Source of the DNA: Hydrolagus affinis
Taxonomy: Eukaryota
DNA: 64,000 nucleotides
Direction of reading: 5' to 3'
NCBI GenBank assembly: GCA_012026655.1
Contig: JAAILG010000173.1
Coordinates: 62,001 to 126,000 of the forward strand
A model generated the notes under the pieces. It saw only the letters and a list, made by a program, of their open reading frames with translations, did not search any database and was not told the origin of the DNA. Below are positions 1-11,879 of the stretch, piece after piece (within the stretch, counting starts at the first letter, position 1; every line of letters starts with the position of its first letter). A program made the position numbers and the translations under genes.

Positions 1-469
1 TTTGCCTAAAAATTATCATGCTTAACATTACAGAGCCTTCTTCATATTATATGAAGTTTTTGTACAGTCATCTTATTTTGAACCATTTATCTACGGTTAA
101 GCTTAAGGAAACTGTGCACAAGTGCTAAATCGGGTAATTTGGTTGTGCTTTAGACATATGCCTTTTTTTTAATTGAATTTCTTTACTTATATTTGTTATT
201 CCTGTGGTCAGAACACAACAAATTATCCTATTTGGGGTCTCCTGCCTTGACACATTTGGGGTTCAATGAAAGCAAGTGTCCTACTCTACATAATTAGAAA
301 CATTCCTATAAAAGTCCCAATGTGATTTAATAAGTACTGAATGATACCAAAGCACAAACACAAAGGGCTTAAAGAAAGTTAGGTTCTGCTTCACCATTCA
401 GGGCAATTCTCACTTTGGTGTAGTTGGTCAAAATGAAAATTCTCCATATCCAGATAGAAGGGAGGTAAA

Positions 470-760
470 AAGATAATCCTGGTCTGTGTTAACGAATTTC
501 AACGGCTTTGACGATGCTGTGTCAAAATCAGTCAGAGGTTTCTGAATCCAGACACTTTTGGGTGAGGACAGGATTAATCTTGACTACAAGCTTCCTCAAC
601 TACCTCCCCTTTTCGACAAATTGTTAGACAACATTTCACTGTACAGGCTTAGTAGCTATTTGGGAGAAGTACCTGAAGGTAACCAGTGTTTGACAAGGCA
701 TAAAGGTGTTAGAAACCTGCATGAATAGTAGGAAGAAAGAGGAGAAAATTAGTGGTGGTA
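470..760 (+). mobile_element. Old SINE-like interspersed repeat ('family C'), degenerate copy
   Basis: cctggtctgtgttaa...gggtgaggacaggatt...gaagtacctgaagg...ggagaaaatt. The same motifs occur in the same order at 27895-28190 and, reverse-complemented, at 42700-43050. Confidence 0.5.
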
Positions 761-1718
761 GGTGGAGGAACTCCAATAAAAATCTTGACACAAGTTAGTG
801 AGTTAGATACAAGTTTATCATGATGCAAAGCAAAGGATCAATCCTGTTTAAATACCACCATTGAGTCAATTTTACTTGTGTAAAAGCAAAGCACATTTGA
901 GAAGTGAACCACTACAACTGTTTCAATGCAGTGTGTTTCAAAGCAACAACTGGCTAGAATGGAAAATATATGTAAATTAGTGGTAAAATCATATTTCACA
1001 CAGATATTCTCTAAACCTAGCAGTCTGAAGTGGATAATTCGAGCAGTTTGTTTAAAAAAAAGGCACTGCCTTATTGAAGTATTAATAATGTGACATTTTG
1101 AAAAACAATATCAACTACAACATTTAGAAAAATGTTTGCAGGGACCAGAACTTAAACAGTGATGTGTTTAAAAAAGCAGATGTAGCTTGAGTCACACTAA
1201 CCAGGTATTGGAGCAAAAACTTTCCCGTGCACATGCTCTTAGTTTCAGATAGATTCCCAGTTGTTGCCGACTGTGCATCCTGATGGCATGTGAGTTTCAG
1301 CATTTATTTACTGAGTTTGTTCCCTGACGTTATGACAGGCATATATATGTGAGATCTTTTGAGGATGTGGTTTGCAAGAGATTCAAAAAGAGATGTTTTG
1401 GAACTGCAATGCAGGATATGGAACGAAAAGGGAAATCTTTTGAGATTATTAATAGCATCGACAAGGATGAACAAGAGACAATAAATGCAAGGAATGTGGT
1501 TAACTGTTTTTTAGTTACACATGCTTGTCGACTGTATCAAGTCGAAGGGGTGGTTAGATTGAGGTATTTAAACTAATGAGAGGAATTGACAGATTGAATG
1601 GTGGGTGACTCTTACAGGGACGCATTACAAAAAGAACATATTTTACAGCCTACAGGCTTAATGCAGTTTTAATAGTTTATTTGGTTTTAGAAACAAAGAA
1701 AGCAAGTAGGTTTTACTG

Positions 1719-2058
1719 CAGTAAAACCTTGATAATTTGGCTTGGTTTTGACCACGAACCTCCCAGATTTCAGAGTTTGTCTGTATTTAGAAACCTACCT
1801 AGAAATGGTTGGGGAAGCGCAGCAGCAAACACAACATGTTCCATTAACACAGCACAGAAGCCAAACAATGGTCAAGCTCCAACCACAGCGCCAGATGACA
1901 GAATGGCCACGTCGGGAACTACTAGCAGCTGTTCCGAACTTCGGAAGATTTGCCGGACATAGAAACAAATCCAATATTGTAGGTATTTTGAAATCTTGCC
2001 AGTTTTAAGGAGTTGCTGGCTTTCAGAATGTTGGATTATCGAGGATTTGTTGGTACTG
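1719..2058. mobile_element. Degenerate pogo/Tigger-like MITE
   Basis: Left end cagtaaaaccttgataatttggc. Right end reverse complement is cagta[ccaac]aaatcctcgataatccaac, followed by TA. CAGT termini with a TA target are typical of Tc1/mariner-pogo. Confidence 0.6.
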
Positions 2059-2149
2059 TATATATAATTATCTGTAAATGTTTGTATCATTGATTACCTT
2101 TACCTTCCCATTGGGAGATCCATGAGTGTGTATTGGCCTCTGATACGTT

Positions 2150-2370
2150 TTCCATTATTTATGGGTGGAGACAGGCTGATCAACCAGGAGGGGCATCACA
2201 GCTTAACCTGCACTATTCTCACCTGTTCTATACCTGCACATCTTCCAGCAGGAGAATCTCTGCTTAGTGATAGGAAACTAGTCTGATATTCCTCTCCCAA
2301 ACTCACTACCATTGAGCAGACTGGGATTTGAACCTGATCCTCGTAGTCCAAGGCTGCAATGGATAGTCCT
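2150..2370 (-). mobile_element. Family C old SINE fragment
   Basis: ggagggcatcacagc...ctcacctg...ttccagcagg...ctgggatttgaacctg is the reverse complement of motifs in the 27895-28190 copy. Confidence 0.5.
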
Positions 2371-2944
2371 TTTACTCCTGGTCCAAACTAAAGTAATAAT
2401 GTGGCAATGAATTTGGATAAAACAGAAAATCTGTGCTACTTCACAGGAACAGCTGTACATACTTTATTTAACTAAAAGGAATGCATGCCGATAGCCAGAT
2501 TAAGTGAATGAAGCCAAAAGTCATGTTTTTTTTACAAAAATGCAAACTAGACCAATTAAAACTGATTTGAATATCAAAATCTGTTCAAAGCTCATCCCTC
2601 ACAAGTGGCAAAGGTCAGAGAATAATGTTTGAAATGGGTTTCAATTTACAGCCAGACACTGTTTTATACCAAATCTCCCTTTCAGGTTTCAATTAGTGAT
2701 TCTTTGTAGTTGTGTATCCCTGTTACTAGCTTAATAGCTTCGCAGCTTTCTGTCATTAAAAAATACATCTACTATAGGTTAAATCATTTTATAAACGAAC
2801 CAAATTTTCTGTACTGAACCAAATTATGTATGTCTATAGCTGTCAACTTATTTGCCATTAATGTAACTATGGTTTAGGTATTTTAATACAAGCCTTAATT
2901 CTGACCAGGACTTTTGCCCACAAATATACAGTCAATTTTCCTAC

Positions 2945-3050
2945 TCTCCTTCATCCTGCCCCTCCCCCTCCCCCACTGCTCTTGTCCCTACCTGACTGTA
3001 CAGCGCCTTAGGACATTCTCTCGACGTGAAAGGCGCTATATAAATGTAAG
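2945..3050 (+). mobile_element. L2 LINE 3' tail
   Basis: cagcgccttaggacattctctcgacgtgaaaggcgctatataaatgtaag matches the 3' end of the L2 copies at 48155-48200 and 31403-31470. Confidence 0.8.
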
Positions 3051-3085
<35 letters not shown>

Positions 3086-3094
3086 CAATTGATT
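3051..3094 (+). repeat. (GATT)n microsatellite grown from the L2 tail
   Basis: Directly visible gattgattgatt array immediately after the L2 terminus. Confidence 0.95.
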
Positions 3095-3695
3095 AACTGA
3101 ATATTCTCTTGTGTTTTATTGAAACACAATTTTATGATAGCTCAGTTTTCATCTTCAGGTTTTAATACATTCATTTTGGTGAAGGAATGATGTGTGATAC
3201 AGATTTCTTCAGATTTCTGAACTCATTATGCTTGTTCCAATATAACCTAAACAGGCATTCTTTTCAAATATTGAAAAGAATTATTAAAATATTTTGCAAA
3301 ATTTCCACAAAAAAGTTGCATATTTTAAAATCTTGCTTGTGTCTGCTACGTCTATGCTAGTTGTCAAGATATACAGTATCGGAGACACTTGCCTTTATAT
3401 GCTTAGGAAGCAAACACAATTTGATCTTTGCCAGAGAATGTACTAACATCTAAGAGATATCTCTATAGTTACAAGGTAGGTATAGTCCAGTTTAATTTTC
3501 TACTTTTGCTATCGAATGTTCTGAACTATTGCCTATCATTAAGGATTATTATTATTATCACACAAGCCTCCTTTCTCTAATCTTTTATCTGCATTCTCTC
3601 TCTTGCAGGCTCTTAAGTTCTATTTTTTTCTTCTAGGTTTGTAGCTTCACTGGATCATTCCAGTACCTCACCCAAATGGCAATTCTTCACATGTC

Positions 3696-4392
3696 ACTTG
3701 GGTATCCTTGTACACCAAACACAGAAAGTTAGTATGCAGGTGCAGCAGGCAATTAGGAAGGCTAATGGTATGTTAGCTTTCATTATGAAAGGGTTAGAGT
3801 ATAAGAGTAGGGAAGTCCTGTGCAGCTGTACAGGGTCCTGGTGAGACCGCACCTGGAATACTGTGTGCAGTTCTGATCTTCTTATTTAAAGAAGGATGTA
3901 CTTGCCTTGGAGGGAGTGCAGCATAGGTTTACTAGTTAGTACCTGGAATGAAGGGTATGAGTTATGACGATAGATTGATTAATTTGGGCCTATATTCTCT
4001 GGAATATAGAAGAATTAGAAACCTATAAGATTATTAAGGGGCACGACAAAGTAGATAGTGGAAGATTGTTTCCCCTGGTTGGAGAATCTAAAACCAGGGG
4101 TCACAGTCTTAAAGTTAGGGGTCAGCCCTTTCACACTGAGTTAAGAAAAACTTCTTCATTCAGAGGGTAGTGAATGTATGGAATTTTTTACCTCAAAGGG
4201 CTATTGATGCTCAGTCCTTGAACATATTCAAGACTGAGATAGATAGATTTCTCATTCATAAAGGGATTAAGGGGTATGGGGATAAGCAGGTAGCTGGAGT
4301 TAGAATGGAATATCAGTCATGATTGAATGGCGGGGCAGGCTCGATGGGCCGAATGGCCTATTCCTGTTCCTACTTCTTATATTCTTATGTTT
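3696..4392 (+). mobile_element. CR1 LINE, 5'-truncated 3' end (decayed ORF2 C-terminus + 3'UTR)
   Basis: Translates LGILVHQTQKVSMQVQQAIRKANGMLAFIMKGLEYKSREVL / QLYRVLVRPHLEYCVQF* with frameshifts. 3'UTR gggccgaatggccta...ttcttatattcttatgt. Confidence 0.93.
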
Positions 4393-5193
4393 CATCAGCT
4401 GAATGAGTGTCTGTTAAACTCAGCCTTTGGATAAAAGGAAATATAGAAGTGACACTGTACATAGGTAGAGGGGAAGGTGTTAACCTGCTTAATTTATATG
4501 AATCATGCTTTTTACAGTTCATGTGATCCTCAAGGGGATATACCCTGTTAAATGACACCATCAAAAGGGTAGAAATGTAAACATATTAACTAAACATTCA
4601 GTTTTTGAATCTGAATGGTTAGAGTAAATGGAACATTATGTAATAGACTGGAAGTGCTCTGTGAAAGGAACAACATTGATGGGCTTCAGGGCCTTTTCAT
4701 GTCCCATATTTTGTTACGTTTGTATAATGCAGTTGTTCCATTAGTTGCCTCAATGGTCAATTGACAGACCTTGTATGTTACTATTTGGGAAGAATGCATT
4801 TGATACAGTAGTGCTCTTACAAATCCACATACCCTTTGGGCTTCTTTTGTGATCTTCTTCTCATTTACTGAAAACCTTTGAGACCCAAATGAAATAGAAT
4901 CGTGGAGTAGACGTGTTACTATATGGAATAGAATGAAACCAGAATGTGCCTCCAGCTATTCCAACCTATCTGGACCGTTTGTTATTCTCGACACATCAGG
5001 CACACATCATGACGCAGGTGCAGTGAGAAATCAGAAATGCGATGCAGCATGCATCAGTTTTGATCTTAGTCAATGTCTCCCCTGTGCATGCACTATGGTG
5101 CTGTTTTTTAAGCAGTGCAGAATGAAAAAGCTGGAGTGAGTTAATTTATTTGAAAATAATTAAAATTGAATCTGGCTTCCTGTGTTGCTGGAG

Positions 5194-5266
5194 ATGGAGG
5201 TCCACAGATTTCCTGCATCTTCTTTTTGCTTCCTCATTCTTCGCTCTGGTGCTAGCCCATTTAAGA
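5194..5266 (+). other. Candidate first/alternative coding exon (unidentified gene)
   Basis: Strong Kozak gagATGG at 5194 and consensus donor AGA|GTAAGT at 5267, in non-repetitive sequence. No downstream exon identified. Confidence 0.25.
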
Positions 5267-5404
5267 GTAAGTATATGGGAAAGTAGTCACCTGGTACATC
5301 ATTGTTTCAAGAGAAGAAGAATTTCCCGGCTTCTTTTTAGCTGGGAAATATCAATATTTACTCCCAGAAATGGAATATTTTTCAACTCTAAATCCTGTAA
5401 TGCT

Positions 5405-5550
5405 CTGAAAAAATGCTGAAAATACATAGCAAGTCAACTACCATTTGAACCCAAAAGATAGGTTGATGCTTCAGAAGATAATACAATTCTGAAATGCTCA
5501 CCTCTGGTTCTTTTTCAGATGCATGTCCAGTATTCAAAGTCGCTTTTTCT
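5405..5550. mobile_element. Penelope-type palindromic terminal-repeat relic
   Basis: aaatgctgaaaatacatagcaagtca...ctgaaatgctcacctctgg...cagatgc...ccagtatt: two opposed halves resembling the better copy at 60152-60254. Confidence 0.45.
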
Positions 5551-5950
5551 ATGTTTAATATTTAGGACTTGTTTGATTTGGTTTTCTCCTAAAATAGTTT
5601 TACCTGTTTTAGTTTCTACATTTCCATAATGCAGGTTTGTAAATGTGGGAATTTCTGTGATATATATATCTTCATACAGTGAACCAGAGTTTGAGTTGGC
5701 CTGTTTTGGATTAATGCATGCATGTGATCTTTAGAAATTATATTGAGGTTCCTTCAATTCTGTAAAATTCTGGAGCCCTTTAGATTTAAATCACAATATG
5801 GAACTTTTAGAGATTTTACACATATATGCCTTTTAAATAGTATATAACATTAAATGATTGTGTCTCAATTACCTGTTACCTTTTGTGAAGGTATATTTTA
5901 ATTAATGAGGCATTTTCATTAGCGCTCAGTATAAAGATGAACAAATCAAT

Positions 5951-5969
5951 ACTGACCTCTAGTGGATAG
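5951..5969 (-). promoter_or_regulatory. CTCF-like motif
   Basis: Minus strand TCCACTAGAGGTCAGT versus CTCF core CCACYAGRGGGCAG. Motif match only. Confidence 0.4.
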
Positions 5970-6393
5970 TGCCATGAAGTCAAAGACACGATTCAGCTTT
6001 GGTTATTGTTACTGGAGGCACAACAGCCTGCAAATAATATAGATTTAAATGTTTGATAATAAGGCTAATAGTTTTGAAGCCCTAATGTATGCAGATTGCT
6101 GATGTATGCAAATTGTTAGAGTCCTAATGTGTTGCTCACATAATTAGGTATTGGCGCACTCAGTTTTGATGGTCATAACTAATCTATTTTCGGTTCCAAC
6201 CTATTGTGTTCAAAATAATTTAATAGGATTTAATAGTATATTGCTAATCTACCTGATCAGTGTGTTTCATATCATATAATTCATTCATCAGAACAATTGG
6301 GAATCCTGTCTGATAGTCTTCCCTTGATGAGAGCTCCATATGCTTTAGCGAGAGATCTGAATTGGGATTTGTACTCTGAGCACTTTGATTTGC

Positions 6394-6755
6394 GGAGTCC
6401 TGTTGCTGAGTAGTTAGAGTACTAGCCTCGCCAGATAGAGACCTGGGTTCTATTCCCAACAAGGTGAAATGTTGGGCAAGCTTCCTTATTCCACCCTTAC
6501 TCCACCTGCTTACTAGCAGTAAGTAGGAACCCAGTTTGACGATTGTCAGATCGCTTTTCTGAGGGTGATAATTGCTTTAAAAAAATCCTAAATTGATCAC
6601 CCCAATCTACACTGTTTGTGGGACTGCTGTGTGCAGTTGGCTGTCGCGTTTTGCCCACAAAATATACAGTCACTTTACACTATAGTCAGTGAAGCGCATT
6701 GAGGCATCTCAAAGATGCGATAAAGCGTATATCAAATCCAAGGATTATTATTATT
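6394..6755 (+). mobile_element. tRNA-headed, L2-tailed SINE ('family A'), long form, full length
   Basis: ggagtcctg head with A/B-box-like motifs, ttgggcaag...cagtaag central domain, gtgggactgctgtgtgca body, caaggattattatt tail. Confidence 0.9.
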
Positions 6756-7879
6756 CTTAAGGGTTGAACAGATATGATATTCAATGTAGAGCTCTCCTTC
6801 ATCTACATCAAACCAAACAAGATTATTAAAGTTAGATGTATCTAATACTGATCTTATTAAAGTTTTACTGATCCAATAATATTTGATATAACTATGAAGT
6901 CCACAATAAGGAATTACTGTCTCAAGCTCAAAGGGCAAATTATTTTGGACAGCTGTGTGTCTGACACATGCGGAAACCCTCCTAAATGCTTTAACGTTTC
7001 CAACCAGACACAGTTCCATATATGCTTGGCACCTAGACATGGAACCTTTTCTGTTAGGAATTGAATGTATATTTTCTCCCTGGAGGGATGCGTCCAACCT
7101 TGATAAATCCAAAGACTATTAGTCACAAGTTGGCAAGAGACAATCTTGGGGACCACAGAGTATGTGTTGGGGGTACTGCTGGAGTTTAAACAGCTAAAAG
7201 TGCATGGCTTAACTATGAGCAATATATTGCAAACTTCCCACTGCTTGTCCATCTAGGTCCGTCCAAACCATTGGAACTTGTGCTTGCAAGGTTAGCAGGA
7301 GCAGGGTGGGAGAAATCCCTGCTCCCAGAGAAAAAGGAAGTGTGAACGTGAGGTTTAGATTCAATTACTTTGTTGTGAATGTGTGTGCCAGATCAACCAG
7401 GAAAGTGGTGTGAGTGGCTACTGGTGGATACTGTCAGAAATAATTGAAAAGCTATTTGACAAATAATTCAATTGAGAGGTATGAGAGACAGTGGCAAATG
7501 ATTCTTAAATTATTATTGCTTTGGAACTATCTAGATGGATTGCATTGATCTTTTCCATATGCTTTTCGTTTATGCTTCTGTGTTCTTCTGATGGGGTTTA
7601 GTGATGAGCGATATTGAACAATGTGACTTTAGATAATGGGACAACTCAGATGGATTGTGATGGTCTTTTTTTATTTTGTGCATTTCTAGTTTTCTATATA
7701 TTGTACCTGCATTTGGTTTAAAAAGCTTTCAAATACCGTGATCTATAGCTTTTGGATACTTTTCCCGTTTCATGTTATTTTGAGTCAAAGTACGAAGCAG
7801 CTACAATGCTAACAGTTTTTTGATATAAGCTCCATTTGGTGGTTGGAAGTTGGGAGGACTGATGTGTTCCATCTTGGGC

Positions 7880-8160
7880 ACCTCTGGATCAGTCTCCCAG
7901 TTACACTGATATCTCAAACCCTCAATGCCTCTGTCTTGTCCCCTCTCTCCCCTTTCTCAAATCCTACCTGAAGACCTTCCTTTTGCGACCATGTTTACTG
8001 TCCACCCCAACACTCCACGCACCTCGCTACTCCCTATCCCCTACCCCCCCCCACCACCACCTTTCACCCAGCTCGGAGTTAAACTCCACTACTGTTAAGC
8101 GCTCTGAGACGCTGCCGTGTGTGGAGGTGCTATATAAGTGCAAGTTGTTGCTTTTGTTGT
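7880..8160 (+). mobile_element. L2 LINE 3' fragment (older)
   Basis: aaatcctacctgaagaccttccttttgcgaccatg...agcgctctgagacg...ggtgctatataagtgcaagttgttg. Confidence 0.75.
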
Positions 8161-10501
8161 GGTATCTGGGTCTCTTTATGATCTTGCGCCCTGATGTGCA
8201 CATCAAATATTATCCTTGATATCAGGAAAAAATCTGTGGCCCAATACGGACCTTCGTAGAATTACAATATTTTCTAAGTAGGAAATTTTGAAGTGAAAAT
8301 GTAATTTTTTTATATAGATATGGCAGCAATTTATGTTTAAATTGCCTCTCTCCATGATATCTGTTTCTGTTCATCCATAAACAACATTGAAGATTGAGCT
8401 GAATAAATTCTATGGGAAACAATGTTCCCTGTGATACTGGGGTCAGGCAGAGCAAGAGGGATAAAGGGGCTATCTATTGACATAAGGCTGCTACAATTAA
8501 ATATTGGAGATTTATAGATGGATTAATATTTCTTTCCAGTCGTATATGCTCCTGTGTTCTTCTGATGGGGAATTTCTAAATTGTCCTAATGCAATTTCTC
8601 TCATGGATCCTGATTAGCCATATAAAGAATAACCCTATTAACAATAATAAGGTATTGGGTCTAAAATGTGGATTTGGCCAATAGCCTATGGATTGATGTG
8701 GTTAATCATCATTAAAGGGTTTTACAGATTATTCGGTAATCTCTTTGATTTGTTAATTATACACGTAGTTATAAAGGCACCTAAATGTACAATATCTGAA
8801 CGTGGTTCATTCATGGACTTTTAGCTTAGCCCATGTTTTAGTCAAAGATTTGTGAGAACATGTCTGATCTGGAAGAAACTGGTCATTTTTTAAGTCAAAG
8901 GTACACCTGGGACAAATGATTAACACATATCATTGGGCAGATTCATCATTAATTTTCCTAATGTGATGCCATTGTTAGTTGCATGCAACATAAAACCATT
9001 TTGCTTTAACTGGCTGTCTGAATATTTGATTTCTAAACTGTAGTGATTATGAAATTCTGACACTATGGGTACAAGTGTTGTCAACATTTGGGAAAAACAA
9101 ACAGCATCTATGTTAAGTGCTTTGAGACATCGTCCCAATGTGAAAGGTGCTATATTAAATGCAACAATTATCATCATTACTATTTTGAATATTAGTAGTT
9201 CTTGTCTACCGTGTAGTTTTGTAAAGAAATTGACCATGGGGACATGGTAGTAGTGGTGGTGGAGCAACAGAGTTAGGATTAAATCACTTTCTATTATGTT
9301 GAGTTTCTAAGGGAGAGATGTAATTAATATTCTAAACAGGTCACACACTCCAATATCATCTTTTGAAAATGAGTTTTTCCATTTTTGGAACAAAGGAAAT
9401 TAAAAAAAAAACACCACGTTTGACAGTGCTGCTAAACTCTACAACCTTACTCAGACCAATTCTGTCTTTCACAGTGTGCTGCTTCAGTGAAGCTTTCATT
9501 GTTATTTAGCTCTAAATCATTCTAAATTATTAATATCCTTTAGCATTTCAAAATGACATTTGCAGTAGCTAAGAGAATATAAGAACTATGGCCCTACATT
9601 AAAATTGCTCAAAAGGATTTACTTGCCAAAATGTTCTTGTAAACAATATAATTGATTGCAATTCTCCAGATGAAGATGTCTACCACATCAACTAGTTCAT
9701 TATAAAACTGGGCTTAACAGTTCAGATTTCTGGATTTCCCAATGGAAATTTGCAGAAATTTAATATATTGTCCATCTCTTTGATAATGCCAATCCTTAAA
9801 ATTACAATACAGAATGATTGAAACTTAAATTCAAAACACTTGGGTTTCTTCTTTTTTGAACCATAATGTCTTTAAAAATTATTCAAAGCCTTGCCTTGGC
9901 CCTTAGAGGTTTAACTTTTTATATATTAAAAAAGAAAGCCAATAGGTTACTTCTTATTTAGGACTATTACGCTGACAGAACAGAAGTGGCATTAAATCCC
10001 CAAAGAGGTCTTGTAACTTTTGGAACCCTTTACAAAGTAGCAATGGTTTGGGTGATTTCTTGGTCATAATGCAAGACTTTGCTTTTAGCCTTACACCACC
10101 TCATACCTTCAGAACAAAGTGGTGTTACTGAGCACTTATCGAAGTGTGAAATATTAGCAATGGTGTCAAACTCAATTACACATAAACAGCTCTTCTGCCC
10201 TATTGACTGAATTAGTGTGAAAGTAAATCTGTTTGTATAGTGTTGATGTATTATAAATAATCTGTTGGTCGACTCCCAAGCAGTTTCTAAAGCAATTTAA
10301 AATTTGGATCATTTTTCTTTATATGTTGTACAGTATTTGGACAAAAAAATAAAAATTTAATTCAAAAGGAATCAAATGGATTTTAAAGTAAAGGAAAGGA
10401 AGTTCCATTTCCTCTAGGATTTAGTATTCTTTCTATAATGGATACAAATGCATTTCCAGAATGTGTGTATCATCTGTTTCCACTGCTGGATTGATTTACT
10501 G

Positions 10502-10731
10502 CAGTGGCTTCCAAACTTTGAATAGCGGCACCCCCTCTAACTCAGCAACGTTTTCGTTGCGCCCCACTCCTTCACACTCAGGTCCGCACAGTCGGGTTCC
10601 CGGCTGCACCTCGGCTCTGCACACTCGGCTCCGCAAGCACTCAGGGGCTTGAGACTCTAGAACTCTGCGTCCATCCAGGCAACGGTACTCGCCCCCCAAG
10701 GGAAGCATGCCCCACAGTTTGGAAACCACTG
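10502..10731. mobile_element. hAT (Charlie/MER5-like) MITE
   Basis: 16-bp TIRs cagtggcttccaaact / agtttggaaaccactg (15/16). 8-bp flanks atttactg and atctattg (6/8) are consistent with a hAT target-site duplication. Confidence 0.85.
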
Positions 10732-11269
10732 ATCTATTGTTTTCTGTATTTTCTGTTTTTAAGCACGTTTTGTTCTTTCAGTTATTTATAAAGAATTTCA
10801 TGGTGCCAGTTCCTTGAGAAAAGGCCGGCTACTTTTGCTCCCAGTGTGTTCTGTGGGGTGAGGCAATAGAAGGCTTCAGTCAGAATTATTTGCTATTTTT
10901 ATTCCACAAACAGTGGCTGCAGATGAAACCCATTAAAATAAGATTAGAAGATATTTCCCCCATTGACTGACTTCCAGCACTTTTCTCACAAAGGAAGAAT
11001 TTCTCACAAAAACCCTGTGTCTCTGAGATAAATGAATGCATTAATGTTCCTGATTGTTTCTTGATGGACTACAAATGGACACAATATAGAACAATATTTG
11101 AACAGTAATGATTTGTGCTTTCTTCTCCGGGTGTAAGTTGATTGGAAAGGCTCCTTCACTGCTGGGTAAATAGCTAAGGGAGCTGTGCATCTTAATAGCT
11201 TCAAAATCATAAGGATCTGCAACTTACAGCTCTGACTGGAGTGTGAATGGAAGGTATAAATATTAATAG

Positions 11270-11600
11270 GCTTGGCTAGGATTTGGCAGACAAGCTGTCT
11301 GAAATTTCACAGTAGGAAGATAGAAGCAGCTTCGGATAGAACAGACAAGAGTCTCCCAACTGGAAAAAATCTGACAGCTTGTGTATAAATACATTTCCCT
11401 TGGCTGCATAGCTAAGTTTCTGAGCCCTGCTTGGGACAGTGGTTCAGATATTCTGCTCAAATTCTATAAATTTTTTGAAATGGCTACACATGTAGAAAGA
11501 GCAACCAAAAGAAACTAAGGGGATCCTAATTTTTTTTTAGGTAGAGGTCAGCATAATTTTATGATAACATGTAAAACTTGGGTTTGCTAATGTCATTGGG
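11270..11600 (+). mobile_element. Very old CR1-like ORF2 relic
   Basis: Scattered motifs in the expected order (gcagacaag...gaaatttc; agagcaaccaaaagaaactaaggggatccta...agagg; atgtaaaacttg), heavily decayed. Confidence 0.3.
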
Positions 11601-11879
11601 GGGAGCTACTTATGCATCACAGATGATTTACTGGAAATACATAGGACATTTCCCTGGCACACCACACCTTATCCTATCAGGAGAGGATGCTATTCCTATT
11701 GCTAAATGCAGCGTCTTTAAAGAAAAAAAATGAAACTTAATTTGTGAAAATGCTTCATTTTTTTAAAAAAAAGTGGAAGGCAGCTGGAGTATAAACATTT
11801 TCCTTTGCTGCTCTTCTCTCATAATTGAAAAAAATCTGATTTGTTTTCATTCAATCTTTTATCCAGTAGCAATCCATAG

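Noticed and set aside
1681-2090. Three overlapping ORFs in a relatively GC-rich patch
   Set aside because: They coincide with the pogo-like MITE and show no recognisable protein motif.
6780-7330. Possible Penelope GIY-YIG or other coding relic under ORFs 6732-7112 and 6914-7252
   Set aside because: Only one vague motif seen, not enough to call.
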